Assembly: GCA_964348825.1 (NCBI GenBank)
Contig: CAYGDX010000001.1
Location: 175,463-239,462, forward strand
Reading direction: 5' to 3'
DNA: 64,000 bases
From: an uncultured Gammaproteobacteria bacterium
GTDB taxonomy: Bacteria > Patescibacteriota > Patescibacteriia > Veblenbacterales > UBA10138
Translations under genes and position numbers: made by a program
Shown: positions 1 through 10,213 of the stretch, piece by piece
How the letters are laid out: each line of letters begins with the position of its first letter
Position numbering within the stretch: position 1 is the stretch's first letter
The notes under the pieces: generated by a model
Seen by the model: the letters and a program-made list of their open reading frames with translations, nothing else
Told to the model about the DNA's origin: nothing
Database searches by the model: none

Positions 1-285
1 AACAAGGCAGCTGGAGTTATCTTAGATAAAGCGCAAGCTCAAGCTGAAACTGAACGACAAGCCACACTAGCACGAGTTAGAAATGAAGCTGAAAAAGTAA
101 TTGTTGAAGCTAAAGATAAATTAATGATTGAGCAAGAAGCCGCCCTGCAAGCCGTGCGTAAAGAAGCCGCCAAATTAATTACCCAGGGAGTTTTGAAAGT
201 AATTGGAAAATTGCCTAGCGATGTAGTGGATAAAAGTTTGGTAGACGAAGCGGTGGTGGAGCTAGGCAAAAAAGTGAAAAAATAA
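1..285 (+). CDS. atpF: ATP synthase Fo subunit b, C-terminal fragment (5' end lies outside the window)
   Basis: Open frame from position 1 to TAA at 283..285. The product is Ala/Lys/Glu-rich and helical (…AQAQAETERQATLARVRNEAEKVIVEAKDK…), as expected for the subunit b stalk. It sits immediately upstream of atpH-atpA-atpG-atpD-atpC. Confidence 0.65.
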   Translation, partial: NKAAGVILDKAQAQAETERQATLARVRNEAEKVIVEAKDKLMIEQEAALQAVRKEAAKLITQGVLKVIGKLPSDVVDKSLVDEAVVELGKKVKK

Positions 286-417
286 TGATTTAAAATTCGA
301 AATACGAAATTTTCGGATTTAGTGCTTCGGATTTCGGATTTTTAAAATTTATTATTGATTTATAATTTGAGTTTTAATTTTAATTTTTCAGTAGTTGTCC
401 ATTATTACTAAAATACC

Positions 418-819
418 ATGCGTCTAACTCCTACCAATTACGCTAAGCTTTATTTATCACTTACCCAAGGTGAGGCGAGTGCTCATTTATCAAATTTAAC
501 AAATAAATTTTGGGCGCTGGTGTGGCGTAAAAAACATTTTGGTTGGCGCCAGAAAATTATAGCCGAAATAATGCGCCTGTGGCATGAACAAAACGATATT
601 GTACCGGTAGCGGTTACGACCGGACGGTTACTAGGGCCAAAATTTATTACTTCGCTTCGGAGAACACTTACTACTAGTTTGAACCGTGAGGTTGATTTGC
701 AGGTAACAGTTAAACCACATTTATTAGCTGGGCTTACCGTGCAAGTGGGTGATAAAAAATATGATGCGAGTTTGAAAGGCCGGTTAGATCAGTTGTACAG
801 TAAGTTAAGTGGGGAGTAA
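418..819 (+). CDS. atpH: ATP synthase F1 delta subunit (OSCP), short form
   Basis: 133-aa ORF between atpF and atpA, the canonical atpH position. The C-terminal part (…GRLLGPKFITSLRRTL…VDLQVTVKPHLLAGLTVQVGDKKYDASLKGRL) resembles the delta/OSCP C-terminal domain. Confidence 0.7.
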   Translation: MRLTPTNYAKLYLSLTQGEASAHLSNLTNKFWALVWRKKHFGWRQKIIAEIMRLWHEQNDIVPVAVTTGRLLGPKFITSLRRTLTTSLNREVDLQVTVKPHLLAGLTVQVGDKKYDASLKGRLDQLYSKLSGE

Positions 820-957
820 TTTTAATCATTACAACACTAGAACACTTAAACATTAGAACATTATTAACAAAATTTTTGCTCTAGTGATCTAATGTTCTAA
901 TGAAACTTCTTTCTAAAAAATTCTTAATTCGTAATTCTTTATTCTAAATTCTAACAT

Positions 958-2454
958 ATGTCCACCATCACTAAAGATCATTTACTTAAAACATTGGAAG
1001 CTGAACTCAAAGGTTTCGAAGCGCGCGTTGGGGAAAGCGAAGTTGGTAATGTAATTGAAGTGGGCGATGGTATTGCCAAAGTTACCGGACTTTCCAAATG
1101 CATGGCTTCGGAAATGTTAGAATTTCAAAGTGGCGCGCGCGGCGTGGCACTTAATTTGGAAGAAACTCAAGTTGGTGTAATGATTTTGGGTGATTATTTG
1201 GCAGTTAAAGAAGGTGAAACAGTAAAAACTACTGGTAAAATTTTATCGGTGCCGGTGGGTGAAGGTGTGATTGGTCGGGTTCTTAATCCATTAGGCGAGC
1301 CAGTTGATGGACAAGGTGCCATTCGCGCATCCGATTACTATCCAGTAGAAAAAATTGCACCGCGTGTAATTGCTCGTCAGTCGGTTAACTCGCCACTCCA
1401 AACTGGTATTAAAGCAGTTGATGCCATGATTCCAATTGGTCGCGGTCAACGTGAGCTTATTATTGGCGACAGACAAACTGGTAAAACTGCGCTCGCAATT
1501 GACGCTATCATAAATCAAAAAGACCAAAATGTAATTTGTATTTATGTGGCGATCGGACAAAAGGAATCTAAAATAGCAAAAATTGTGGCCAAACTTCAAG
1601 CCGTCGGTGCAATGGAATATACTACTGTGGTACTCGCGGGCGCTTCAGAACCAGCGGCTATGTCATTTCTCGCACCGTATTCAGGTTGCGCGATGGGCGA
1701 ATATTTTATGGATAAAGGTAAAGATGTGTTGGTAATTTATGATGATCTTTCCAAACACGCGGTAGCTTACCGTCAAATTTCTTTACTCTTAAAACGTCCA
1801 CCTTCTCGTGAAGCGTACCCTGGTGATATTTTTTATTTACATTCTCGCCTGTTGGAGCGCGCTGCACGACTCAGCAAAGATTATGGCGGCGGCTCTTTAA
1901 CAGCTTTACCAATTATTGAAACACAAGCAGGCGATGTATCGGCTTATATTCCAACCAATGTAATTTCTATTACCGATGGTCAGATTTATTTGGAAAGTGA
2001 TTTGTTTTACCAAGGTATCAGGCCAGCTTTAAATATTGGTTTGTCAGTTTCGCGCGTGGGTAGTACAGCACAAATTAAAGCTATGAAAAAAGTGGCTGGA
2101 AAATTACGTTTAGATTTAGCACAATTTAGAGAACTGGCGGCCTTTGCCCAATTTGGTTCAGATTTGGACGAAGCCACTAAAAAACAAATCGAACGAGGGC
2201 GTAGGTTAACTGAAGTTTTAAAACAGGGTTTGTATGAACCAATGCCAGTGGAAAATCAAGTAGCTGTTCTTTACGCGGCAGTGAATGGTTATTTGGATGA
2301 CGTGCCAGTCGCAGAAGTTAAAGAATGGGAAAATAAATTCCATAATTATTTAAAACACCAAGCGATTTTGAAAGAGATAAAAGAAAAGAAAGAATTGACG
2401 GCTGAAGTGGAAGAAGGGTTGAAGAAAGCAATAGTAGAGTTTAAAAAAATATAA
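958..2454 (+). CDS. atpA: ATP synthase F1 alpha subunit
   Basis: 498 aa with Walker A GDRQTGKT. Strong alpha-subunit similarity throughout (…[22 protein letters not shown]…[16 protein letters not shown]…). Confidence 0.97.
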   Translation: MSTITKDHLLKTLEAELKGFEARVGESEVGNVIEVGDGIAKVTGLSKCMASEMLEFQSGARGVALNLEETQVGVMILGDYLAVKEGETVKTTGKILSVPVGEGVIGRVLNPLGEPVDGQGAIRASDYYPVEKIAPRVIARQSVNSPLQTGIKAVDAMIPIGRGQRELIIGDRQTGKTALAIDAIINQKDQNVICIYVAIGQKESKIAKIVAKLQAVGAMEYTTVVLAGASEPAAMSFLAPYSGCAMGEYFMDKGKDVLVIYDDLSKHAVAYRQISLLLKRPPSREAYPGDIFYLHSRLLERAARLSKDYGGGSLTALPIIETQAGDVSAYIPTNVISITDGQIYLESDLFYQGIRPALNIGLSVSRVGSTAQIKAMKKVAGKLRLDLAQFRELAAFAQFGSDLDEATKKQIERGRRLTEVLKQGLYEPMPVENQVAVLYAAVNGYLDDVPVAEVKEWENKFHNYLKHQAILKEIKEKKELTAEVEEGLKKAIVEFKKI

Positions 2455-2557
2455 AATTAAAAAATAAAAAATCAAAATTATGGAGTGAAAAATTTTCAAA
2501 TTTTTCACGACATTCCTAAATTTTCCATTTTGATATTTAAATTTTAAATTATTTACC

Positions 2558-3484
2558 GTGCCTCAATCAACTCGAGAAATTAAGCGACGATTACGCTCCA
2601 TAAAAAATACGCGCCAAGTAACGCGCGCCATGGAGATGGTTTCGGCCGCCAAAATGCGGAAATCGGTACAAGCGGTGGTAGCGAGTCGCGCTTATGCGAG
2701 TTATGCTTGGGCGCTTGTTTCTGAGTTGTCGCTCCGAGTGGATCAGCGTCATCATCCGTTACTCGCTAAACGTGATAAAGTAAAAAATATTGGATTACTG
2801 GTGGTAAGTTCTAATCGCGGGCTGTGTGGCGGATTTAATTACCAATTAGCACAAAAGGTGGAAAAATATTATCAAAGTTTAGGTGAAAACGTATCAGTTA
2901 AATTAATTTCATTTGGCGTCAAAGCTCGCGACATATTGCTTCGTCAAGGTAAGGTGCTGGCAGCTGATTTCAGCAAACCTGATTTATTAAATGATGAAAC
3001 AATTATTAAGCCAATAGCCAAATTGTTGCTCGAGGAGTATTTATCTGGTAATTATGATAAAGTTGTATTGGCTTATACTGATTTTATTTCAGCGTTATCA
3101 CAAAAACCAAAAATTAAACAACTACTGCCAATTGAAAAAGTAATTGATAATGATTTGGGTGGTGTTAAGAATGCGTCAGTCGATACTACACCCTACACCC
3201 TACACCCTCACCCCTCAAACTACGAATACAAATTTGAACCAACACCTGCCACAGTATTAAATGAATTGTTGCCACGACTTTTGGGACTTCAAATTTACCA
3301 AGCGACTCTTGAATCAACTGCTTCAGAACATTCGGCACGCATGCTCGCTATGCGCAATGCTTCATCGGCCGCTCGTGATATGTTGGATGACTTAACTTTA
3401 ACTTTCAATCAAGCTCGACAAGCATCTATCACCTCGGAGCTGGCAGAAATTATTGGTGGACGAACAGCGATTGAAGCGGTTTAG
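2558..3484 (+). CDS. atpG: ATP synthase F1 gamma subunit
   Basis: 308 aa. Conserved N-terminus (MPQSTREIKRRLRSIKNTRQVTRAMEMVSAAKMRK) and C-terminus (…RQASITSELAEIIGG). Contains an in-frame tandem heptamer insertion at 3185..3219. Confidence 0.9.
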   Translation: MPQSTREIKRRLRSIKNTRQVTRAMEMVSAAKMRKSVQAVVASRAYASYAWALVSELSLRVDQRHHPLLAKRDKVKNIGLLVVSSNRGLCGGFNYQLAQKVEKYYQSLGENVSVKLISFGVKARDILLRQGKVLAADFSKPDLLNDETIIKPIAKLLLEEYLSGNYDKVVLAYTDFISALSQKPKIKQLLPIEKVIDNDLGGVKNASVDTTPYTLHPHPSNYEYKFEPTPATVLNELLPRLLGLQIYQATLESTASEHSARMLAMRNASSAARDMLDDLTLTFNQARQASITSELAEIIGGRTAIEAV

Positions 3485-3540
3485 TAAATTAAAATCCGAA
3501 ATTCGAATATCGAAATTCTAAATAAATTAATTTTATAAAA

Positions 3541-5023
<1,483 letters not shown>

Positions 5024-5261
5024 TGAGCCACTGACAACTAGTTCCTAGCCACTAATTTGTCTGCCCCGCGAAGCTTTAGCGAAGTGGGGTCATTGCGAGG
5101 TCCGCCAGCTGGCGGAGAGTGAGGCGAGCGACGTGGCAATCTATCACAAAAATCGAAATTTATTCATTAGAACACTAGAACATTTAAACATTATTGATAA
5201 AAATTTTTTGTTATTATGATCTAGTGATTTAGTGATCTAGTGATATTTCTTACTTAATCCA

Positions 5262-5720
5262 ATGTCTAAATATATTAAATTCCAAATCATCACACCAGAA
5301 CGCGTTGTATTTGAAGCGCCCGAAGTGGAAGCCGTTTCTTTGCCGACCAAAATGGGGGAGATTACAATTTTACCTGATCACTTACCACTAGTTGCTTCAC
5401 TTGTGGCTGGTGAAACGCGAGTGAAAGTTTCCGGCCAAGAAATTTTAATGGCTGTTTCGGGCGGGTTTATTGAAGTAAAGCCCGGTGAGGTTACGGTACT
5501 AGCTGATTCAGCTGAACGAGCCGAAGAAATTGATATTACGCGAGCCGAAGAAGCAAGAGCGCGAGCTGAAAAATTAATGCAGGAAAAGAAATTTGGCGAG
5601 GCCGAGGATTATACATACTTGGTGGGTAAATTAGAAAAGGAATTAGCGCGGGTGAGAGTAGCACACAAACATCGTACGCATCGGTCGCCGCTGACACACA
5701 ACAATAATAAGCCCAATTAA
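5262..5720 (+). CDS. atpC: ATP synthase F1 epsilon subunit
   Basis: 152 aa following atpD. N-terminal beta-sandwich segment (KFQIITPERVVFEAPEVEAVSLPTKMGEITILPDHLP) followed by a C-terminal helical hairpin. Confidence 0.85.
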   Translation: MSKYIKFQIITPERVVFEAPEVEAVSLPTKMGEITILPDHLPLVASLVAGETRVKVSGQEILMAVSGGFIEVKPGEVTVLADSAERAEEIDITRAEEARARAEKLMQEKKFGEAEDYTYLVGKLEKELARVRVAHKHRTHRSPLTHNNNKPN

Positions 5721-5745
5721 TTTTTATTATTAGTTAGAATTTTTT

Positions 5746-6120
5746 ATGAGTTATTTAGATTTAGTATTTTTCTTAGGCCGAGTTTTATTTGGCGGATTTT
5801 TTATTTTAAACGGCATAAATCATTTTGCTAAACATGAAATGTTAGCGGGTTATGCGGGAAGTAAAGGCGTGCCAATGGCTAGTACGGCCGTGTATTTAAC
5901 TGGCTTGCTTTTAACTTTAGGCGGCTTGGGCGTGCTACTTGGTTTTTATGTTCAATGGGCGCTAGTGCTTTTGGTAGTATTTTTAGTGCCAGTAAGCTTT
6001 ATGATGCACGCCTTCTGGAAAGTTGCAGACGCTCAAGCTAAAATGATGGACAAAATTCAATTTCAAAAAAATATGGCACTGCTCGGCGCGGTTTTGATGT
6101 TGCTGGCATTGTGGAGTTAA
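5746..6120 (+). CDS. DoxX-family membrane protein
   Basis: 124 aa with four predicted TM helices. The signature (LGRVLFGGFFILNGINHF…) is typical of DoxX/DUF417-type small membrane proteins. Confidence 0.6.
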   Translation: MSYLDLVFFLGRVLFGGFFILNGINHFAKHEMLAGYAGSKGVPMASTAVYLTGLLLTLGGLGVLLGFYVQWALVLLVVFLVPVSFMMHAFWKVADAQAKMMDKIQFQKNMALLGAVLMLLALWS

Positions 6121-6201
6121 TAAGTTTTTTGTCATTCTGAGTCATCAGACGAAGAATCTTTAAGATTATTCGTTTCATTTGGGATAACAATTATTATACT
6201 T

Positions 6202-7011
6202 ATGCCTGTTCTACAAAACTTACGTACCGATGTAAATAAGTTAAAAAGTCCAGTCAAATCCAAGATTTTGCAAAGATTTTTTAAAACAGGTAAGGGTGAA
6301 TATGGAGCAGGGGATATATTTTTAGGATTAACTGTGCCAGAATCAAGATTAATTGCTAAAAAATACGCGTCTGTAATTAAAAATAGCGAATTAGAAAAAT
6401 TATTATCATCAAAGTATCATGAGGAGCGCTTGATTGCGCTCCTTATTTTAGTACAGAAGTTTAATTTGATATCAGCTGAGAGATTCCAATTGTCATCCCC
6501 GCGGAGGCGGGGATCCAGAAAAATAAGCCAGGTTAAATCAATTCTGGATTCCCACTTTCGTGGGAATGACAAAAACGCGGCTGTTAATCAGAAAAAAGTT
6601 GTGGATTTTTATTTAGCGCATCTCTCAGCCGTTAATAATTGGGATTTAGTTGATTTGTCGGCTGATAAAATTTTTGGACGATATTTGTTAGGCAAGTCAA
6701 CTAAAATTTTATACAAATTTATAAAGTCAAAAAATTTATGGGAGAGGCGGATTGCGATTGTATCTACTTTTGCTTTTATTAAACAAAATAAATTTACTGA
6801 CGCCTTACGTCTATCCAAAATATTATTAAAAGATAAACACGATTTAATTCACAAAGCGTGCGGTTGGATGCTCCGCGAAGTCGGCAAGCGTAATGTAGGC
6901 ATACTTTTAAAATTTTTAAATAAAAATAGTTCACAAATGCCTCGCACTATGCTCCGTTATGCAATTGAGCGACTACCGAAGAATAAAAAGAAATTTTATC
7001 TAGAAAAATAA
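6202..7011 (+). CDS. DNA alkylation repair enzyme (AlkD/AlkC-like HEAT-repeat protein) carrying a ~30-aa in-frame repeat-element insertion
   Basis: The N-terminus (…KLKSPVKSKILQRFFKTGKGEYGAGDIFLGLTVPESRLIAKKYAS…) and the C-terminal half (…WDLVDLSADKIFGRYLL…RRIAIVSTFAFIKQNKF…HDLIHKACGWMLREVGKRN) match the DNA_alkylation family. The central SSPRRRGSRKISQVKSILDSHFRGNDKNAAV is encoded by two inverted copies of the short palindromic repeat (6490..6520 and 6543..6572). Confidence 0.65.
   Translation: MPVLQNLRTDVNKLKSPVKSKILQRFFKTGKGEYGAGDIFLGLTVPESRLIAKKYASVIKNSELEKLLSSKYHEERLIALLILVQKFNLISAERFQLSSPRRRGSRKISQVKSILDSHFRGNDKNAAVNQKKVVDFYLAHLSAVNNWDLVDLSADKIFGRYLLGKSTKILYKFIKSKNLWERRIAIVSTFAFIKQNKFTDALRLSKILLKDKHDLIHKACGWMLREVGKRNVGILLKFLNKNSSQMPRTMLRYAIERLPKNKKKFYLEK
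6490..6572. repeat. Two inverted copies of the ~30 bp ATTCCC-N8-GGGAAT palindromic unit inserted in-frame in the alkylation-repair gene
   Basis: 6490..6520 reads tgtcatccccgcggaggcggggatccagaa. 6543..6572 reads ttctggattcccactttcgtgggaatgaca (reverse complement of the unit). Confidence 0.8.
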
Positions 7012-7147
7012 TTTAAGTGTTATGTACCAATGTGTTAACTCAGTACTACAAATAGTACTGGGCGTAGCACATCAATACAGTAATTTGTGGCGGCAAAAAT
7101 GAAGTGGTGGTGGTTGTAAGTTGGATTAAAAATGGTAAAATAAGTTC

Positions 7148-10100
7148 ATGATAAAACCTAACCAAAAGCAAGATTTGTTAAGGGATTTAAATGAAGCCCA
7201 AAGTTCGGCGGTTACACATACCACCGGTCCGCTTTTGATTGTGGCGGGTGCGGGCACTGGTAAAACTACAGTGATTACCCGTCGGATTGTTTGGTTAATT
7301 GAGCAAGGGTTAGCTTCCCACGACGAAATTTTAGCGCTTACTTTTACGGATAAAGCGGCTGGTGAAATGGAAGAGCGGGTGGATCGTTTACTGCCACTAG
7401 GGTACGTAAATTTATGGATTTCCACTTTTCACGCTTTTGCCGAGCGCGTGCTTAAAGATTGGGCCCTAGAAATTGGGCTACCAAATGATTTTAAATTAAT
7501 TACGCCAACCGAACAATGGTTACTGGTGAGACAGAATTTAGATAAATTTGATTTGGATTATTATCGACCGCTTGGTAATCCGACTAAATTTGTGCATGCG
7601 CTCCTCAGGCATTTTTCGCGTGCGAAGGATGAGGATGTGTGGCCCGAAGATTATTTGAAATTGGCGGAAGGGAAAGTTTTGGATACGGGGCGAGGAGAGT
7701 ATTTAAAGAAAAATTCGAAAAAGTCACGTAGTCAGAAAGTCAAGAAGTCAGACAGTGATTTAATGGATTTATCTGATGAAGTTGAAACAGAGGCGGGGCG
7801 GCTTTTGGAAATTGCTAAAGCGTATCACACTTATCAACAATTACTGCTTGAGAAAGGTGTTTTAGATTTTGGTGATTTAATAAATTATACCTTAAAACTT
7901 TTTCGTACTCGCCCCAAAGTTTTGAATCAGTATCGTAATCAATTTAAATATTTGTTAGTCGATGAATTTCAAGATACTAATTACGCGCAGTATGAATTGG
8001 TAAAAATGCTCGCCGCCCCACAAAATAATGTCACCGTGGTCGGCGACGATGATCAATCGGTTTACAAATTCCGCGGCGCCTCCATTTCTAATATTTTGGA
8101 ATTTAAGCAGGATTATCGAAAAGCAGCGCAAATTATTTTAACTCAAAACTATCGTTCCACGCAAAATATTTTAGATTTATCATATAAATTTATTCAGCTT
8201 AATAATCCTTATCGTTTGGAAGTTAAATTAAAAGACGATGAACACAAAATTTCTAAGCAGTTGTCGAGCAATTCCAAACTTACCGGCGAAGTTGATTTAA
8301 GTGTTTTTCCCAATATGCACCAAGAGGCGAGTGGTGTGATTAAAAAAATTATTGAGCTTAAAAATAAAGACAAATCAGCCACTTGGAATGATTTTGCGAT
8401 TCTAGCCCGCGCCAATGCCTCGGCTGAACCGTTTTTACAAGAATTAAAAAAATCTGGGATTCCTTATGAATATGTAGCGAGTAAGGGTTTGTATCAAGAA
8501 GATATTATTTTAGATATCGTTTCGTATCTTAAACTCTTAGATAATTATCACGAATCACAAGCCGTGTATCGTGTGCTAACTACACCGTATTTGGCTTTAC
8601 CAAATAATGATTTATCTAGCTTACTTTATTTTGCCAATCGTAAGGCGATGTCGCTTTACGAGGCCTTGCGTGAAGCGCCGATAATTCCTTTAAGTGAAGC
8701 GGGGCAAAAACAAGCTACGAAAATAATTTCTTTGATAGAAACACATTCCTCATTTGCGCGCGAACATACCGTAGCAGAAGTGTATTTAAAAGTAGTGCGG
8801 GAAATTGGTTTAACTGATTGGCTGACTAAACAAGCGGATGATTATGTAACAGTTAAACAAGCCAGCTACTTAAATGCGTTTTATCGGAAAATTCAAGAAT
8901 TTGAATTAGCTAGTCGCGAGAAAAAATTAAATAATTGGTTAGAAATTTTTGCGTTAGAATTGGAAGCCGGCGAAGAAGGCGTGATGCCTAGTTCGGCCGA
9001 AGAAGGACCAGAAATGGTAAAAGTAATTACCGTGCATTCGGCCAAGGGTTTGGAATTTAAATACGTGTTTATTGTGCATTTGGTAGATCGCCGGTTTCCT
9101 TCTACTGAACGGCGCGAGGCCATAGAACTGCCAACCGAACTGACCAAAGAAATTTTACCGGAAGGCGATGTGCATTTGCAAGAAGAGCGTCGACTTTTTT
9201 ATGTGGCGATGACACGCGCGAAATACGGTTTATATTTTTCTTATGCGGAAGATTATTTTGGCAAGCAACAGCGCAAACCCTCTCGCTTTTTATATGAATT
9301 GGGTTTAGTTGAAGGTGAGCCAAGTCGCGCTAAGTCAAATTTAGTTAGCTCTAGTCAGGAAGTCGCAAAAGTTAATTCAACTTCGGTTAATTATAAAATT
9401 CCGGAATCGTTTTCATTTTCATCTATTTCTAGTTATTTAAAATGTCCACTGGAATATAAATATCGATATCTACTTAAAATTCCGGCGCCGGGTAATGCTT
9501 ATTTGAGTTTTGGTTCAAGCATGCACAAAACTTTGGAGCTTTTTATGAAATTGTGGCAGGGAAAGCTTTCTTCGCGACAACTCGGTTTATTTGGTGATGC
9601 AAAATTAAGTGGGCAAATAGAACTTCCAACTTTTAAAGAGTTGTTAAAATTTTATGATGATTCGTGGATAGATGATTGGTATGATAATAAACCGGATCGT
9701 GAAAAATATAAAGAAAGAGGTAAAGAACAGTTAAAGAATTTTTATGAGAAATTCAAAGTTGATAATCCCCAGCCAAAATATTTGGAACAATTTTTTAAAT
9801 TACGTTTTGGAGATTATAAATTTTCGGGTAAGATTGATAGAATGGATGTAGGCACTTCTGGACTTACTATAATAGATTACAAAACTAGTGAAAAGCCGCC
9901 TAAAACTTTTGCCAAAGTAGATAAAGATCAGCTTTTAATTTATCAATTGGCGGCGCAGGAATTTTTTCGTGAGAAAGTAGCGGGCTGTAAATATTATTAT
10001 TTGCATCCCAATATTACTTCTGATTTATTTTTAGGTACACCCGAGGAGTTAGAGGATTTACGCGCGCGTTATTTAGCAGTAATTAAGGATATTGTGGAAT

Positions 10101-10174
10101 CTGTAAAGACTGATAATTTCGCGACTATTCACAAAGATGGTGGACATGAGTGTGAGTATAAGGGGATGAGATAA
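7148..10174 (+). CDS. UvrD/PcrA-family ATP-dependent DNA helicase fused to a C-terminal PD-(D/E)XK (RecB/Cas4-like) nuclease domain
   Basis: The N-terminal half has helicase motifs (Walker A AGAGTGKTT, LVDEFQDTN, TQNYRST, VHSAKGLEFKYVFIV, VAMTRAK). The C-terminal ~250 aa has nuclease-like motifs (…SYLKCPLEYKYRYLL…GSSMHKTLE…IDRMDV…IIDYKTSEKP…QLLIYQLAA). Confidence 0.85.
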   Translation: MIKPNQKQDLLRDLNEAQSSAVTHTTGPLLIVAGAGTGKTTVITRRIVWLIEQGLASHDEILALTFTDKAAGEMEERVDRLLPLGYVNLWISTFHAFAERVLKDWALEIGLPNDFKLITPTEQWLLVRQNLDKFDLDYYRPLGNPTKFVHALLRHFSRAKDEDVWPEDYLKLAEGKVLDTGRGEYLKKNSKKSRSQKVKKSDSDLMDLSDEVETEAGRLLEIAKAYHTYQQLLLEKGVLDFGDLINYTLKLFRTRPKVLNQYRNQFKYLLVDEFQDTNYAQYELVKMLAAPQNNVTVVGDDDQSVYKFRGASISNILEFKQDYRKAAQIILTQNYRSTQNILDLSYKFIQLNNPYRLEVKLKDDEHKISKQLSSNSKLTGEVDLSVFPNMHQEASGVIKKIIELKNKDKSATWNDFAILARANASAEPFLQELKKSGIPYEYVASKGLYQEDIILDIVSYLKLLDNYHESQAVYRVLTTPYLALPNNDLSSLLYFANRKAMSLYEALREAPIIPLSEAGQKQATKIISLIETHSSFAREHTVAEVYLKVVREIGLTDWLTKQADDYVTVKQASYLNAFYRKIQEFELASREKKLNNWLEIFALELEAGEEGVMPSSAEEGPEMVKVITVHSAKGLEFKYVFIVHLVDRRFPSTERREAIELPTELTKEILPEGDVHLQEERRLFYVAMTRAKYGLYFSYAEDYFGKQQRKPSRFLYELGLVEGEPSRAKSNLVSSSQEVAKVNSTSVNYKIPESFSFSSISSYLKCPLEYKYRYLLKIPAPGNAYLSFGSSMHKTLELFMKLWQGKLSSRQLGLFGDAKLSGQIELPTFKELLKFYDDSWIDDWYDNKPDREKYKERGKEQLKNFYEKFKVDNPQPKYLEQFFKLRFGDYKFSGKIDRMDVGTSGLTIIDYKTSEKPPKTFAKVDKDQLLIYQLAAQEFFREKVAGCKYYYLHPNITSDLFLGTPEELEDLRARYLAVIKDIVESVKTDNFATIHKDGGHECEYKGMR

Positions 10175-10213
10175 ATTTTAGTAAGAGTAAGAGCTTGGAG
10201 TAATATTAAATTT

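Noticed and set aside
1291-1599. Antisense or alternative-frame ORFs inside atpA, atpD, dnaE, gyrB, prfA, pgk, gap and others (for example 1291..1599-, 3839..4021-, 18745..19164-, 45285..45530-, 54195..54614+, 61253..61621-)
   Set aside because: They are fully embedded in strongly supported conserved genes on the other strand or frame. They have compositionally biased translations and no independent support.
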